This document shows, piece by piece, positions 49,980 through 61,960 of a DNA stretch of 64,000 bases (its first letter is position 1; every line of letters begins with the position of its first letter). The notes beneath the pieces are model-generated. The model had not been told where the DNA came from. It searched no databases and was given only the letters and a program-made list of their open reading frames with translations. Made by a program: the position numbers and the translations under genes. Origin of the DNA: Carcharhinus longimanus (taxonomy: Eukaryota). The DNA lies in the NCBI GenBank assembly GCA_030264375.1, contig JASCQW010000099.1, positions 56,276,524-56,340,523 of the forward strand. Direction: 5' to 3'.

Positions 49980-51240
49980 TTTATTTGTTTTTCTGAATAT
50001 GGGTGTTACGGCCTAGGCCAGCATTATTCCCCATCCCTAATTGCCCTTGAGAAGGTGGTGATGAGNNNNNNNNNNNNNNNNNNNNNNNNNNNNNNNNNNN
50101 NNNNNNNNNNNNNNNNNNNNNNNNNNNNNNNNNNNNNNNNNNNNNNNNNNNNNNNNNNNNNNNNNGGGTGTTACGGCCTAGGCCAGCATTAGTCCCCATC
50201 CCTAATTGCCCTTGAGAAGGGGGTGATGAGCCACTTACTTGAATCACTGCAGTCCACATGGTGTATGTGGCCAGTCAGATGGTGGTGGGTTATCGTTGAT
50301 ATTTGCTTACAAAGTCAGTTACAGATTTCCACATGGTGTATGTACAAGGGAGTCATGGGTTGTGGGAGCCAGACAGGAAAGTGGAGTTGAGATGATAATC
50401 AGTTCAGCCATGATCTTATTAAATGGCAGAGGCCTACTCATGATCCTGAGTCCTATGTTTCATCCACAGTGCTGTTAGGATGGGAATTCCAGGATTTTGA
50501 CTCAGCAAAAATGAAAGGAATGGCATTATATTTGCAAGTCAGGAGGGAAATTTGCTGATGGTGCCATTCCCATCTGCTGCCCTTGTCTTTCCAGGTGGTA
50601 GAAGTCATGCGGTCGAAAGGTGCTGCTGAAGGAGCCTTGCTGATTTGCTCCAGTACATCTTTTAATTGGTACAAACTGCTGCCGTTCTGCATTGGTGTTG
50701 CAGTGAGTGAATGTTTAAGTTGATGGATGGGGTGCCAATCAAGTAGGTTGCTTTGCCCTAGATGATGTTGAGCTTCTAAAATGTTGGTGAAGTTGCAATG
50801 ATCCAGGCAAGTGGAGGCTATTCCTTCAGATTTCTGAGTAATGCCTTGAAGATGGTGGACAGATTCTGGGGAGTCACGAGGTGAATTATTCACCACAGAA
50901 TTTCCAGCTTCTCGCCTGCTCTTGTAGTTACTGTGTTTATATGTTGGTTCAGGTCAGTTTTTGGTCAATAGTAACCCTTCAGAGTGTTGATAGTGAGGGA
51001 TTCAGTGATGGTATAGCCATAGAATGTCATGAGGCGATTATTAGATTATCTCTTGTTGGTCATTGCCACTTATCAACCCAAGCCTGAATATTGTCCATGT
51101 CTTGCTGCACATGGGCATGGACTGCTTCACTGTCTGAGGAGTCACAAATGATGCTGAGCATTGTGCAATCATTAACAAATTTTAATCTTATGTTGGGGAG
51201 AGGGTCATTGATGAAGCAGCTGAAGTTGCGGATTCTAGGA
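49980..51240 (-). mobile_element. LINE (same family as 27780-28310), with a nested + strand CR1 tail at about 50345-50460
   Basis: ORF 51060..51275 (-) FINDPLPNIRLKFVNDCTMLSIICDSSDSEAVHAHVQQDMDNIQAWVDKWQ is an RT domain (decayed FADD); 3' end at about 49980. Confidence 0.82.
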
Positions 51241-51498
51241 TAATCCAGGTCATGTTCAATGTATTCAATATTCATACATGTTGATTATGAAATGGAGCTA
51301 TCCTAATTCTCAGTGAAAAAGCTGCACATAAAGCAGTTTAAACATTACATCCATTGATTTTACATGTCAACATGGAAAACAATTTTATGGTGAATGCAAT
51401 TGGACAACTTCCGACAATTGACAGCACCTGTGATGTACCAGAGGAGAGGATAGGGAGTAGAAAAGAAATGAGGGTGTTTTTCACAGTTTCCTCAGTCA

Positions 51499-51835
51499 GG
51501 TCAGCACGGTAGCACAGTGGTTAGCACTGCTGCTTCACAGCTCTAGGGTCCTGGGTTCGATTCTTGGCTCGGGTCACTGTGTGGAGTTTGCACATTCTCC
51601 TCGTGTCTGTGTGGGTTTCCTCTGGGTGCTCTGGTTTCCTCCCACACTCCAAAGATGTGCGTGTTAGGTTGATAGGCCATGCTAAGAAATTGCCCGTTAG
51701 TGTCAAGGGATGCGTAGGTTAGAGGGATTAGTGGGTATAATATGTAGGGATATTTGGTTAGGTCCTGGGTGAGATTGTGTTCGGTGCAGACTCGAAGGGC
51801 CTCTTTCTGCACTGTAGGGTTCTATGATTCTATGA
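51499..51835 (+). mobile_element. HE1-type SINE, full length
   Basis: cagcacggtagcacagtggttagcactgctgcttcacagctctagggtcctgggttcgattc...ttctatgattctatga. Confidence 0.9.
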
Positions 51836-53510
51836 GATTGTACTGGTTATTGAATTGGTGCTGGCATGTACTTAACTCCTGAGGTTGGTTGACTAAACAT
51901 CATTTTCAAATTGGAACCATGTGGAATTAATGAAAAGTGAACAGTGGGAAATCAGAAAAGCCCCATGGTGAAATATTGTCCATGACTGTTTAAGTTGTTC
52001 CTCTAGGGGAGTTACTAATCTCCTGCTGAGGTTATGGCAGAAGATGGAGACAGCCCCCTATCTGCACCATAGATTGTGTACTGGTGTTTTTTTATTAGTC
52101 TTTGCAATTGTCCAGAATGATATATAACTAACTCAGTCATTTTCGCACTATGAGAATTGCTGGGCTGCTGTATTTATGATGTTGGAGGGGTTTAAATGCT
52201 TTACTATGCATAACAACACTGTAAGCATGCTCCTTGTTGGAACACATTCATTATAGACAGTGACCAAAGTAATTCTTCAATGGATTAAGAAGTTGGGAGA
52301 GATGTAAAGCAGACCGGTGATTTGCCATCACACACTGCATTGTCATTATTACCCCCTAACATTTCTTACATATTAATGCAAACAACACAAAATCTTTTCT
52401 TCTTTCTTTTCCTTTGCTAGTTTCCACAGTACCTCCCACCTCCTCCAAACTATTACCATTTGCTTATGAGATTAAATCAGGTGTACATTTTCCAAGTTGC
52501 TGTTTGCTGCAGTTGAATGATTTTAAATACTTTTTATCATATTTTTTCTAGGTATGTTTTTTCTCTATTATTTATTTTTTATTTGTCTTTGTCCACTTGT
52601 CATGACACCTGGCAAAGGGCAGAAATATTGCCTCATTCCAGACCATTGGCTAATTTTCCCCACATAACCAGCCTCTCTGGGAGATGTAGAGAACTGCTCA
52701 CCGGTGACTCTCACCCTTCAATTATTTCTCTTTGCTGCAAGGTACTGCCTACTCAACATGACTCAATTTGAAAACAGCTAATTAAATTGCAGACTTCAGT
52801 TTATCTGTACTTGCTGGCCACCTTACAGCCCATTTTGCTATTACTTTTAATCCTTATTTGTTTTTGTATTGCTGCATTCAAAACACAATCTTAAGCCATG
52901 TAATCCTCCTGAATCTAATAAATCGCTTAATAGGTCCAGTTAGATTGATGTAACAGATAAAAACATGCATTATTATTTAAAATCAACACTGGTGATATGT
53001 GTTTGTGCAATTCTGGCTGTCCCTTTCCTTTAATTACCACAGGGCCATATTATTCCTGAACAAGAGAATACTTTACTGAAACTTGTAAGATCCCTTTTTA
53101 ATTTCGGCTTACCCTCCCATCTTGGCTTTGCTTTATAAATCAGAAATTGTTGGGTTTTATTGCGAGACCTTTTTATCAACAACACCAAAAATGGGGGCTG
53201 ATTTTTGTCAGTTATTCTGGGATGAACTGGGAGGTGGGAAGGCTGGCCAGTCGCACAGGAAGGTGGTGGGTGGTTTGTCCATCGTCCTCTTGTTGCCTTA
53301 CCATTTTTCCAACAGTGCCGCAGCAGATGGCCCACCCTCATGAAGCCTAATTGTGTCACTTAAGTGACCAATTAAGGGTTGCTTCCCTCATCCACTGGCA
53401 TTTTACCACAGCTTGCAGGCTCTCTGCCATGTAGGGATGCCATTGAGTGAACCCCCATCATTCTGGGGTTGGGGTGATGGCTTAATATTAAAAGCATATC
53501 ATTTATATGT

Positions 53511-53826
53511 GGGCAGCACTGTGGTACAGTGGTTGGCACTAATGCCTCGAAGCGTCAGGGACCTGGATTCGATTCCGGCCTTGGATGACTGCAGAGTTTG
53601 CACATTTTCACTATCTTTGTGTGGATTTCCTCTGGTTTCCTCCCACAGTCCATAGATGTGCAGGTTAGGTGGATTGGCCATGGTAAATCGCCTCTTAGTA
53701 TCCCAAGATGTATAGGTTAGGGGGTAAATATGTGAGGGGTGGGCCTGGGCAAGATGCTCAGTCAGAGAGTTGGTGTAGACTTGATGGGCTGAATGCCCTC
53801 CTTCTGCACTGTACAGATTCAATGAT
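53511..53826 (+). mobile_element. HE1-type SINE, full length
   Basis: gggcagcactgtggtacagtggttggcact...ccttctgcactgtacagattcaatgat. Confidence 0.88.
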
Positions 53827-54114
53827 CTTTATTGTGGTGTTAAAAATATAATAGTTTCTTTCTTAAAATACATTTTCAGCAATTATGTGCAAACATTCTT
53901 TATGAAACAGCTGTTCCAAATCCCTCTTTTATTGGACCAAATATAATTTATGTTTATTTAATTGGAATTTAGCGAAGGATGTTGCATAATATGTTGATGA
54001 GAATGTTGTGTACTATTTCTAATGATCAGACCACTTGGTCACTGTACAAAGTATTTTTTTTCTGTGAAATGATCATTTGAAAACATTATTTTGAATGATC
54101 AACATTGATCATGA

Positions 54115-54333
54115 TCTGTGTGGAGCTTGTATGTTCTCCTTGTATCTGTGTGGGTTTCCTCTGGGTGTCCCAGTTTCCTCCCATCGTCCAAAGATGTGCA
54201 GGTTAGGTGGATTGGCCATGATAAATGCACAAGGTTCCAGGGATAGGGCGGAGGAGAGGGCCTGGCTCGGATGCTCTTTCGCAGAGTCGGTGCAGATTTG
54301 ATTGGCCAGATGGCTTCTTTCTGCAATGTCGGA
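54115..54333 (+). mobile_element. HE1-type SINE, 5'-truncated
   Basis: tctgtgtggagcttgtatgttctcc...aaagatgtgcaggttaggtggattggccatg...ttctgcaatgtcgga. Confidence 0.87.
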
Positions 54334-54653
54334 ACATTGGTGAATGTTAATTTTGTACCAATTAGCACTAAATGATAGAAAGTTTACTTTTACTGTAAAT
54401 GTTCAGCTATTGACTGCAGTGTGGGACGATCCAATCTAATCTCACTTAGCTGGTGTAAGCTAACAGTTGTAAATGGAGAGCAAACCTTTACCCTACCAGC
54501 TGGTTAGATTCAAACCTCAATATGTGATGATGTGCAAATCCAATTACCCATCCTAGCCTCATATTTCAGAAAGTGGTATATTTCTTTAAAAAGACCTTTG
54601 AATGTAATGTTCGGAATGTAATTAGCAGCACCCTCCATGATATTTTCACTAAT

Positions 54654-54785
54654 CATAAGAACATAAGAACTAGGAGGAGGAGTAGGCTATCTGGCCCCTT
54701 GAGCCTGCTCCGCCATTCAATAAGATCATGGCTGATCTTTTTGTGGACTCAGCTCCACCTACCCGCCAGCTCGCCTAACCCTATA
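54654..54785 (-). mobile_element. CR1 LINE 3' tail
   Basis: cataagaacataagaactaggaggaggagtaggc...gagcctgctccgccattcaataagatcatggctgatc; reverse complement of the tail family at 3714 and 15600. Confidence 0.82.
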
Positions 54786-55002
54786 AGAGCATACTAAAAT
54801 GAATATAAAGATCTGATCACAAAATAAGTGAATATAATAGAGGCCATTTGGTTCATGCCCATTCAGACTGATGCAGGCAGTATGCAATTCATACATGACT
54901 GCAGACTGTAGCCCAGAGTGAAATGCCTTGGTGATTTGTTGTATGCTGAACTGGGTAGTACAAGTTGCAGTTCGTCTGCTCTTCCTAAAGGCAACCAGCA
55001 CC

Positions 55003-55150
55003 TTACAGTCTTACAGGTTTGCAGCTTGGAAACAGGCCCTTCGGCCCCACTTGTCCATGCTGCCCAATTTTTTTAACCCCTAAGTTAGTTCCAGTTGCCC
55101 GCATTTGGTCCATATCCTTCTATACCCATGTAACTGTCTAAATGCTTTTT
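55003..55150 (-). mobile_element. CR1 LINE 3' end
   Basis: cttacagtcttacagg...ggaaacaggcccttcggcccc...catatccttctatacccatgtaactgtctaaatgctttt. Confidence 0.75.
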
Positions 55151-55749
55151 AGAACCATTAAAACCACCTTCAGAAAGGGGAAGTGTATTCTGGCTGTAGC
55201 CGCTGTAGAACTGTTCAGAGTAGGAATGAAAGTTCCACAGAAGCAGCAGGTCAGAGAGAGGGCTCTCACATTCTCTGTAGCATTGCAGGCCTTAATCAAG
55301 GAGATGGATTTGGTGGCAGAGTAGAGTGAGTGGTGTTATTAACAGTGGCGCTGTGGATAGGAACCAACTGTCATTTCTTATGAAGACAGGATTCATGCTT
55401 CTTTCACAGCTACTGCACCAGTGCTGATGCTCATGTCAGCCAGCCTGTACTTGCGCCAGCCACCCCTGGAACATTCTGAAGCTGGGCTCTCAAGGCCCAG
55501 GGTGCTCAGAGAGGGTCTGGAAGACTATTTGCAATCTTCTTTCAAAGAAGATCACCAATCTTCCATCTGCTGTCTTGCAGAAACAAGATAGGAGCACTTG
55601 GATAGGTAAAGGCATTTGTGATATGGGTACTACTGCAATACCCAAATGTGAATATTTCAATTTTGTGTGTATTATTTGAAGCTTTATTGGATAAAGTTGC
55701 TACAGAATGGTGATTTTGGGCTGTGTTTTGTTTCAGGATTTTGGCCAAT

Positions 55750-56450
55750 GAACCACATTAGAGAAGGTACCCCCTGTCACCATGCAGTCATCCTCTGGCT
55801 TTTTGCTTGAATATTGTGGGAAAGGCCAATTGGCATTGGGTAAAGGTGAAAGTAGGTGTTCACTGACATGATGCTCCATGCATTGATGTACATAACGCTG
55901 GGGAGTGCTTCAGTACATCTCCCCATTGAGATGCAGTCTCCCATGCCAAATCTGTGTGTTTAATGGCACATTGCAGCACTGGGAATCCCACTAACTTGGC
56001 AAAGTTGTGTGCTCATTTCCCCTGCTTCTCAGTGGTTGGAGAGAAGACAATAAAACCCCCTGCCACCCTATCCCTTCACCTTTGTGCAACTCTGTTATCT
56101 TCTGATGCAGTGTTGTGTGGAGAATGATAAAATGTTGGCAGAGTGTAGGTTCCATCCTGGAATGATCCTGAGGGGTAAAAATTGAGACGCACTGTGATCT
56201 TGATGGCCACACAGTCCTGACCTCAGTCTACTCTGTCGCTGCAGGTCCAACTGGAGAAGGTGACAGTTTAGTAATCACCTTGATGAATTGCAGCAGCCTC
56301 AGGCGTTATTGACTGAGTGGAGGAAGGAGAAGTGCTGTCTGAATAGTTTAGATGGTTATATACTTCTGTTGATAGCCATCTTCCTTTCCCACTCTGTGCA
56401 CAGTTTCCCCTCTTTACTGCCTTAGCTCCATCTCCCTGTCATGCTTTGCC
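55750..56450 (-). pseudogene. Second Harbinger transposase remnant (element about 55170-56945)
   Basis: Reverse complement gives PSKLFRQHFSFLH, CHLLQLDLQRQSRLR and AHNFAKLVGFPVLQCAIKHTDLAW (compare FAxIAGFPxVQGAIDCTHVA). Confidence 0.7.
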
Positions 56451-57239
56451 CAACAGGGACTAGAACCACAATCCCCATGAGTAATCACAGGCTTTCTATT
56501 ACCTGTCCACTGAAGTCCTTGGAAAAGTCCTTAGAAAAGCCCAATTCCACTCCTGTCTGACTCACTTTTCAGAGCTCCTGCAATGACGTAACACACAGAA
56601 CTTCCACTAACTCCAGCAGGAAAAGGAAGTTAAATGTCACTTGAAAGTCTTACACAGATACCTTTGAATATCACTAGTGGGGGATTTCTCCTGAAACTGA
56701 ATGCATGGTTAGCTGAGCATGCTAAAGAGAGAGCAGTAACAAGACCTGCAAGGCCCAAAATGTCATTTTGGGTACCAAATCAGTGTTAAATGTTGAGAGA
56801 TGTCACAATGTGCTCACTCTGTATCCATCACAGCACACCTTGTAGGTTGCATGAAATGGGTGGAAGTGGATCAGTTGCTGTTTTTGAGATTCCAGGCTCC
56901 TGTAGCACTGACACCAATGGAGCTATGGAGTCCAAATTTGCCGCCTTGGTGTCATGAAGCTCTCGCTGACATCCATCCTGGATGAGCTCTATGTCGCTTC
57001 TAATCTGTGCTCCATGTTCTAGTATTTTGGTTCACATTGAAGGCACATTCCAGGGCTACACTATATCTTTTATATGGTCATCTGTTAGCTGTCTCCTTTA
57101 AAACAACCCACTATTATCCAATCTTTATTCAGAACTCCATACTTTGACACCAAAATTTGGGTCTTGACATTCCTGCGTCAACTCTATGGTCTAGATTAGG
57201 TTGGGGGCATTGGTTGGGTGCATTGGTTAGGTGCACTGA

Positions 57240-57345
57240 TGTGAACAGGCGCCGGAATGTGGTGACTCGGAGAATTTCACAGTAACTTAATTGCAGTGTT
57301 AACAAGTCTTACTTGTGACTAATAAATAAACTTTATTTTACTTTA
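57240..57345 (+). mobile_element. 3' end of a shark SINE/LINE tail family
   Basis: gaacaggcgccggaatgtggtgactcggagaatttcacagtaacttaattgcagtgttaa...cttacttgtgactaataaataaacttta; preceded by a ~13-bp tandem repeat (cattggttgggtg). Confidence 0.6.
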
Positions 57346-57779
57346 GATGTTGTCCTTGAATCTTATTGACTAAGTTGCTCACAGTCCTTAAATTGTGCAA
57401 CTACTTGTGCACTGCAGTTCGATCATAGTGCTATTCAATTCATATATTACTGATTTGGTCATCTGTTTGTATGATTATGTTGTTTTACAGCAATCTGACA
57501 TACTAAGTATTGAATCTAGTATTAATCCCAAATCCTTTTCATTCACAATATATAGATGAAATCCATTCTGTTGATTTATATAGATTTCATGTAATTTCTT
57601 TGGTAGGTCCCTGGCTATTTTCTCAGACTCAGTTGCCCACTCCAGTTCAATACAATTTGTTGATTTAATTGATTTGCATTGGTCTTCTGAGTCCTTGGGA
57701 GAAATTTTTATGTTAATTATTTATAACAAAATCAAAAATACCATGTTATTAAGAATATGCTTGCAGTTTTTCTTTAAAT

Positions 57780-58040
57780 AATAAATAACAGTAATGTCCC
57801 TTCCCTCCCACCCCTTTACATGGTTGCTGTCGATTAGAGGCTACAGCACTGATCCCTGTTGTGTTTCCCTTGGTACTTAACCACCTTGACATCACTCCCT
57901 GACTGCTAATGCTTCCTTTCTTTTCATCAGTTTCTGATCCACTTTGAGGTTATGACTTGAACTCCCAATGCTCGCAGCTCCTGAATCAGTTTTCAGTGAC
58001 AAATCTTATCAAAAGCTTTCCTGAAATTAAGTGGCAGTAG
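57780..58040 (-). mobile_element. Ancient LINE RT fragment
   Basis: Reverse complement gives FRKAFDKICH and QGSVL remnants. Confidence 0.55.
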
Positions 58041-58267
58041 CTTATAAAAAATGTATTTAAACATTAAACCTTTTAAGAATTAACTCCACAATAGATTTTC
58101 TATTTCATAATATTCTTAATTAAGAAGTCAGTCATCTTCCCCTGGTTTCCCGAGTCATCCTGGTTTACACAGAATATGCAAGTTATACAGCCGACACAGT
58201 TGGAGCTTAAAAATTTGAAATGTGGCAAATCCCAGTTTATCTTCTGCGTTGCATTTTTTGGGAGTTT

Positions 58268-58608
58268 CTGTCCTGACAGTAGGGTGAACAGTGGGAAGCT
58301 TTTTCCCAGATTGGAGGTGACGATCACNNNNNNNNNNNNNNNNNNNNNNNNNNNNNNNNNNNNNNNNNNNNNNNNNNNNNNNNNNNNNNNNNNNNNNNNN
58401 NNNNNNNNNNNNNNNNNNNNNNNNNNNNNNNNNNNNNNNNNNNNNNNNNNNNNNNNNNNNNNTTTAAGACTTATCTGGATAGTCACATGAGCAGACTGGG
58501 AATGGAGGGATACAAACGAATGGTCTAGTTGGACCAATGAATGGCGCAGGCTTGGAGGGCCGAAGTGCCTGTTTCCTGTGCTGTATTGTTCTTTGTTTGT
58601 TCTTTGTT
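58268..58608 (+). mobile_element. Young CR1 LINE 3' end spanning a gap
   Basis: RVNSGKLFPRLEVTIT before the gap; FKTYLDSHM and tail ggcttggagggccgaagtgcctgtttcctgtgctgtattgttctttg after it. Confidence 0.85.
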
Positions 58609-59079
58609 GTGACCTCCATGGACATTAGGGCCATTGAGAAGTTTCCTCTTGCAGCCTATCCAGGCATCTGCATCAAAAGAGACATGACGAGTGGCTGAAT
58701 CTTGTTTGGCTAGGTGGTGGATCCCCATTATAATTGCTTGGCTTTATAATATATATTTATAAGTTGTCAGTAAGTATGCAGATTGTTGGTACCCACAAAA
58801 CCGCTACTCAGAGTGTCTGCACTCAATTTGGAACAATGACCTTGTTTGAGACATCGATCAGATCCAAATGCTCACATGGAGTTCAAGGCAGGGAACTTAT
58901 ATATTTCATCCGTATCTAGGTTCTGGACCTTTTGGTAGCTTTATGCTGAAGTTGCAGCTGTTATTCACTCATAGGACAGGACAGGCCCTAGTTAATTAAT
59001 TTTCAACAGGTCCCCAAACAGAATTGGCATTGTTCCAACCAGGCTAGTCAAGCTGTTTTTCCCTTCTAGTCTTTTCCTT

Positions 59080-59302
59080 CATGTGACCAAAAGCTTGACC
59101 AATGAGGTAGGCCTTAAGGAGCATTTAAAGTTGGAGAAAAAAAGCTGGAGAAGGCGAGAAACTTAGGGAAGAAATTTTGGAATTTAGGGCCCAGGCAGCT
59201 GAAGTCATGGCCACCAGTGGTAAATTGAGATTTCCTGAGAGGCCAGAATTGAAGGACTACCAAAATCTTGGAAAGTTGTAAGCCTGGAGGAAGTTACAGA
59301 TC
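59080..59302 (-). mobile_element. L2-like LINE 3' end
   Basis: Complementary to 42450-42590 (agggcccaggcagctgaag). Confidence 0.6.
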
Positions 59303-59305
59303 TTA

Positions 59306-59518
59306 TGCAGGATTTTCCACGCCCCTCCCACCACAGCATGTGTTTTGTGGTGGCGTAGGTAGCCCACCATTGGCTGGCAGCGGGATCTTCTGGTCCTGTC
59401 ATTGTTAATGACTTTTCCCATTGAATGCATCCTTGCTGCTGGGAAACCCACAGTAGGGTTTGCGCTTTTGGCAGGACCAGAAGATCCCACCATTGTGAAC
59501 AGCTGGAAAATTCCATTT
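59306..59518. mobile_element. MITE with internal hairpin
   Basis: Termini gcaggattttcca ... tggaaaattccat; internal inverted repeat gcgggatcttctggtcctgtca (59380) / tggcaggaccagaagatcccac (59469), 20/22. Confidence 0.65.
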
Positions 59519-59619
59519 TGAAGGCCATACATACCTTTCAGTATTCCAAAGGGACAGTTTCCTCTGAAACACCAGGGTGTACTTTATAATAACCCCCACA
59601 CCTCCTCTCCTTTCCACTG

Positions 59620-60190
59620 CATCTTCCTATGCAAGCACAGGAAACCAATTGCCTAATCTATTACCTCCTCCCTTATCATCATCCCTAACTCCAAACACTC
59701 CTTCCAGGTGAACCAGCGAATTACTTGCATTTCTTTCAGTTTTCCATTCTGTATATGATGCAGAAACCTAATACTGATGGGTGATCACTTTACAAAATTC
59801 AGTGCGTGAGTGTGATTCCAAGCTTCTGGCTGCCTGTCATTTTAATCCTCAACCCCATTCCCACCCTGATCTCCCAGTTCTTGTACAATTGAAGATCAGT
59901 ATCTTCTTTCAGTTATGATGTCAGACTTTTTACTGTGTTCTTTCAGTTAAGCACACAGTTGAGTTCAGCAATTTCAGATCATGACTTGCCCCCATTTTTC
60001 ACTCATAATGATTGTGCTATTCCCATTCTATCTCCTCTGGACCTATCTCTCCTTTCTTTACCCATTTCATTATTGAACCCTTTTGCCTTGCTCCATCATT
60101 CCTTTTTCAACTTCGTCCCTCCAACCTTCCAATTTATCACAGGCTTTCCTTTAAGTTTTGTTTCTTCAACAAAAGGAGTTTTTTAAAACA
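59620..60190 (+). mobile_element. Decayed Penelope-like element, GIY-YIG region
   Basis: Remnants FLCKHR, KHSFQVNQRITC, GDHF and LLAACHFNPQPHSHPDL (compare SFQVxQxFTC, LGDRF, LPVAxHFNSxxHS). Confidence 0.6.
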
Positions 60191-60266
60191 TGAATTTAAA
60201 AAGATCTGGCATTGAAATTGGAAGTATCATTTTTGCAATTTCCATTTTCATTGACCTTGAACAGGT

Positions 60267-60317
60267 TGTTAAAACTTGTAAATCGTTAAAATTTGTACAT
60301 TGTTAAAACTTGTAAAT
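60267..60317. repeat. 17-bp minisatellite, 3 copies
   Basis: tgttaaaacttgtaaat / cgttaaaatttgtacat / tgttaaaacttgtaaat. Confidence 0.85.
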
Positions 60318-61659
60318 TGAGCATTCTTGAAAAGCAATTATGGAAGATTCACAATTCTAAAAGGGTTTTTGATCTGATTTTTACAAATGCTGGCAATAAT
60401 AGGCTTCTCATTTTGAGTCATTGTGCACCTTTTTATTGTGTTGAAGGTCTTGCAGCATGGAAGATCTCAATGACGTTAACTTTCTTGTTTGAAGTGTTAC
60501 ATAAAAGCCCAAAGAAAATGCTGACAAACAGATCAGTGTGCTAGCTGAGTGGTAATGTTGTTATGCTGAATCCTACACATAGCTTCAAGCTGCCTGAATA
60601 TGATGTTGTAATGTTACTCAGATGTCATGGTCACTGGAAATGGCACTGGTTGTTGTAAATTAATCTAGACATCACTTAGGTCATCAAAAGTGGCAAGCCA
60701 GATTCATGGCTTCATTTGTGAAACCATTTTACTTGTAAAGTTTTATTTTATGGGTACCATTCAGAGGAAAACCTCCTCCTCAAGACAGTTCACTTAATTA
60801 TTGTTTTTCACTTGTCAAAATTATTCAGTTTAGTTTCCTCGTCCCATCATTTCTCACCAATTTTCTTGATCTTATCTCCTTATCTTCTGCTGGCAATGTT
60901 GTCCCTTTGCAGGAATACATTGGAGAGACATTGGATTAACTCTGGAGTGCTAACTAAATTGTCATCCTTTGTGTGATCATGGACAAGAAGGGCTGTGAAA
61001 TTGAGGGGCATCACCTGATCTTGCGGTCATCCCAATATCCACATGTCATGCATTCATAAATAGCCACTGTATAATATTTATTCTTTTTATTAAAAAATGT
61101 TTAGCTCCATTTACAACAGATTAAGTCTTTTATTATTCAGTTTCTTGCTGTGAGCCAGTCCCTTGTCTCATTATGAAGGCAGAATGTTGACCCTCACAGT
61201 GGATTTTCTGTGCAACAGCTCATTCCGATAAAGACTGACAACAAATGAAATGTTGACATCCTGGATAACCTCATCATAATCCTTCAATAATGGACAAAAA
61301 TGATATTCAAAGCAAAATGACTTTAAGAAAAGATTAAACCCGATTTCTCCTAGATTTGTGATAATCTGTCACATAACACTATGATCCTGGCACGATATGT
61401 ACTTTATCCAGCAATGTAAACGGAATTATATAAAAAATGACTGATGACACCATTGCATTAGTGATTGTATGCCCCATTTAAAGTGCTTTGACTGATTGAA
61501 GGCTTGCCTATTGTTTGGGGAAGTAAACAGGTATAATGATGTGATTGCAAAACACAGTAATACAGAAGTTAGTATATACAGATATTTTAAAAAAAAGGCC
61601 ATGGTATTATCTGAGAAGGGAATCCGTAGATTGAAATAGATGATCATTGTAGCTACCTA

Positions 61660-61960
61660 TGTCATCAGCAGTGGTATCGGTAATTAGTGATGTCAGTTTA
61701 TCTCCATGCCTTTGAGTTGGAAGGTCATGATTTGAAGCTTACACCAGAATATACATTATAGATAATTTAGTGCAGTGCTGGGGGTGTACTTCATTGTTTG
61801 AGATGAAGTTCTTTCATTAGCACACAGATTTTCCTGAAATTAGGACTTTGCGACTAATTTTGGTATCTTTAATGCTTATTATCACATTGCTGACTGTCCG
61901 TGTAACACATTTGTTTTGTAGCCAAAAGTAACGATGAGGACTTCACAAACATTCTGTTAG
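61660..61960 (+). mobile_element. Heavily decayed DeuSINE-like copy
   Basis: tgcctttgagttggaaggtcatgatttgaagcttacaccaga...agtgcagtgctgggggtgtacttcattgtttgagatg...ttatcacattgctg. Confidence 0.4.

Noticed and set aside
50001-50230. 65-bp direct repeat on both sides of the 100-N gap (50001-50065 and 50166-50230, 2 mismatches)
   Set aside because: Most likely unmerged overlapping contig ends or two haplotypes rather than a real duplication or TSD; needs long reads.
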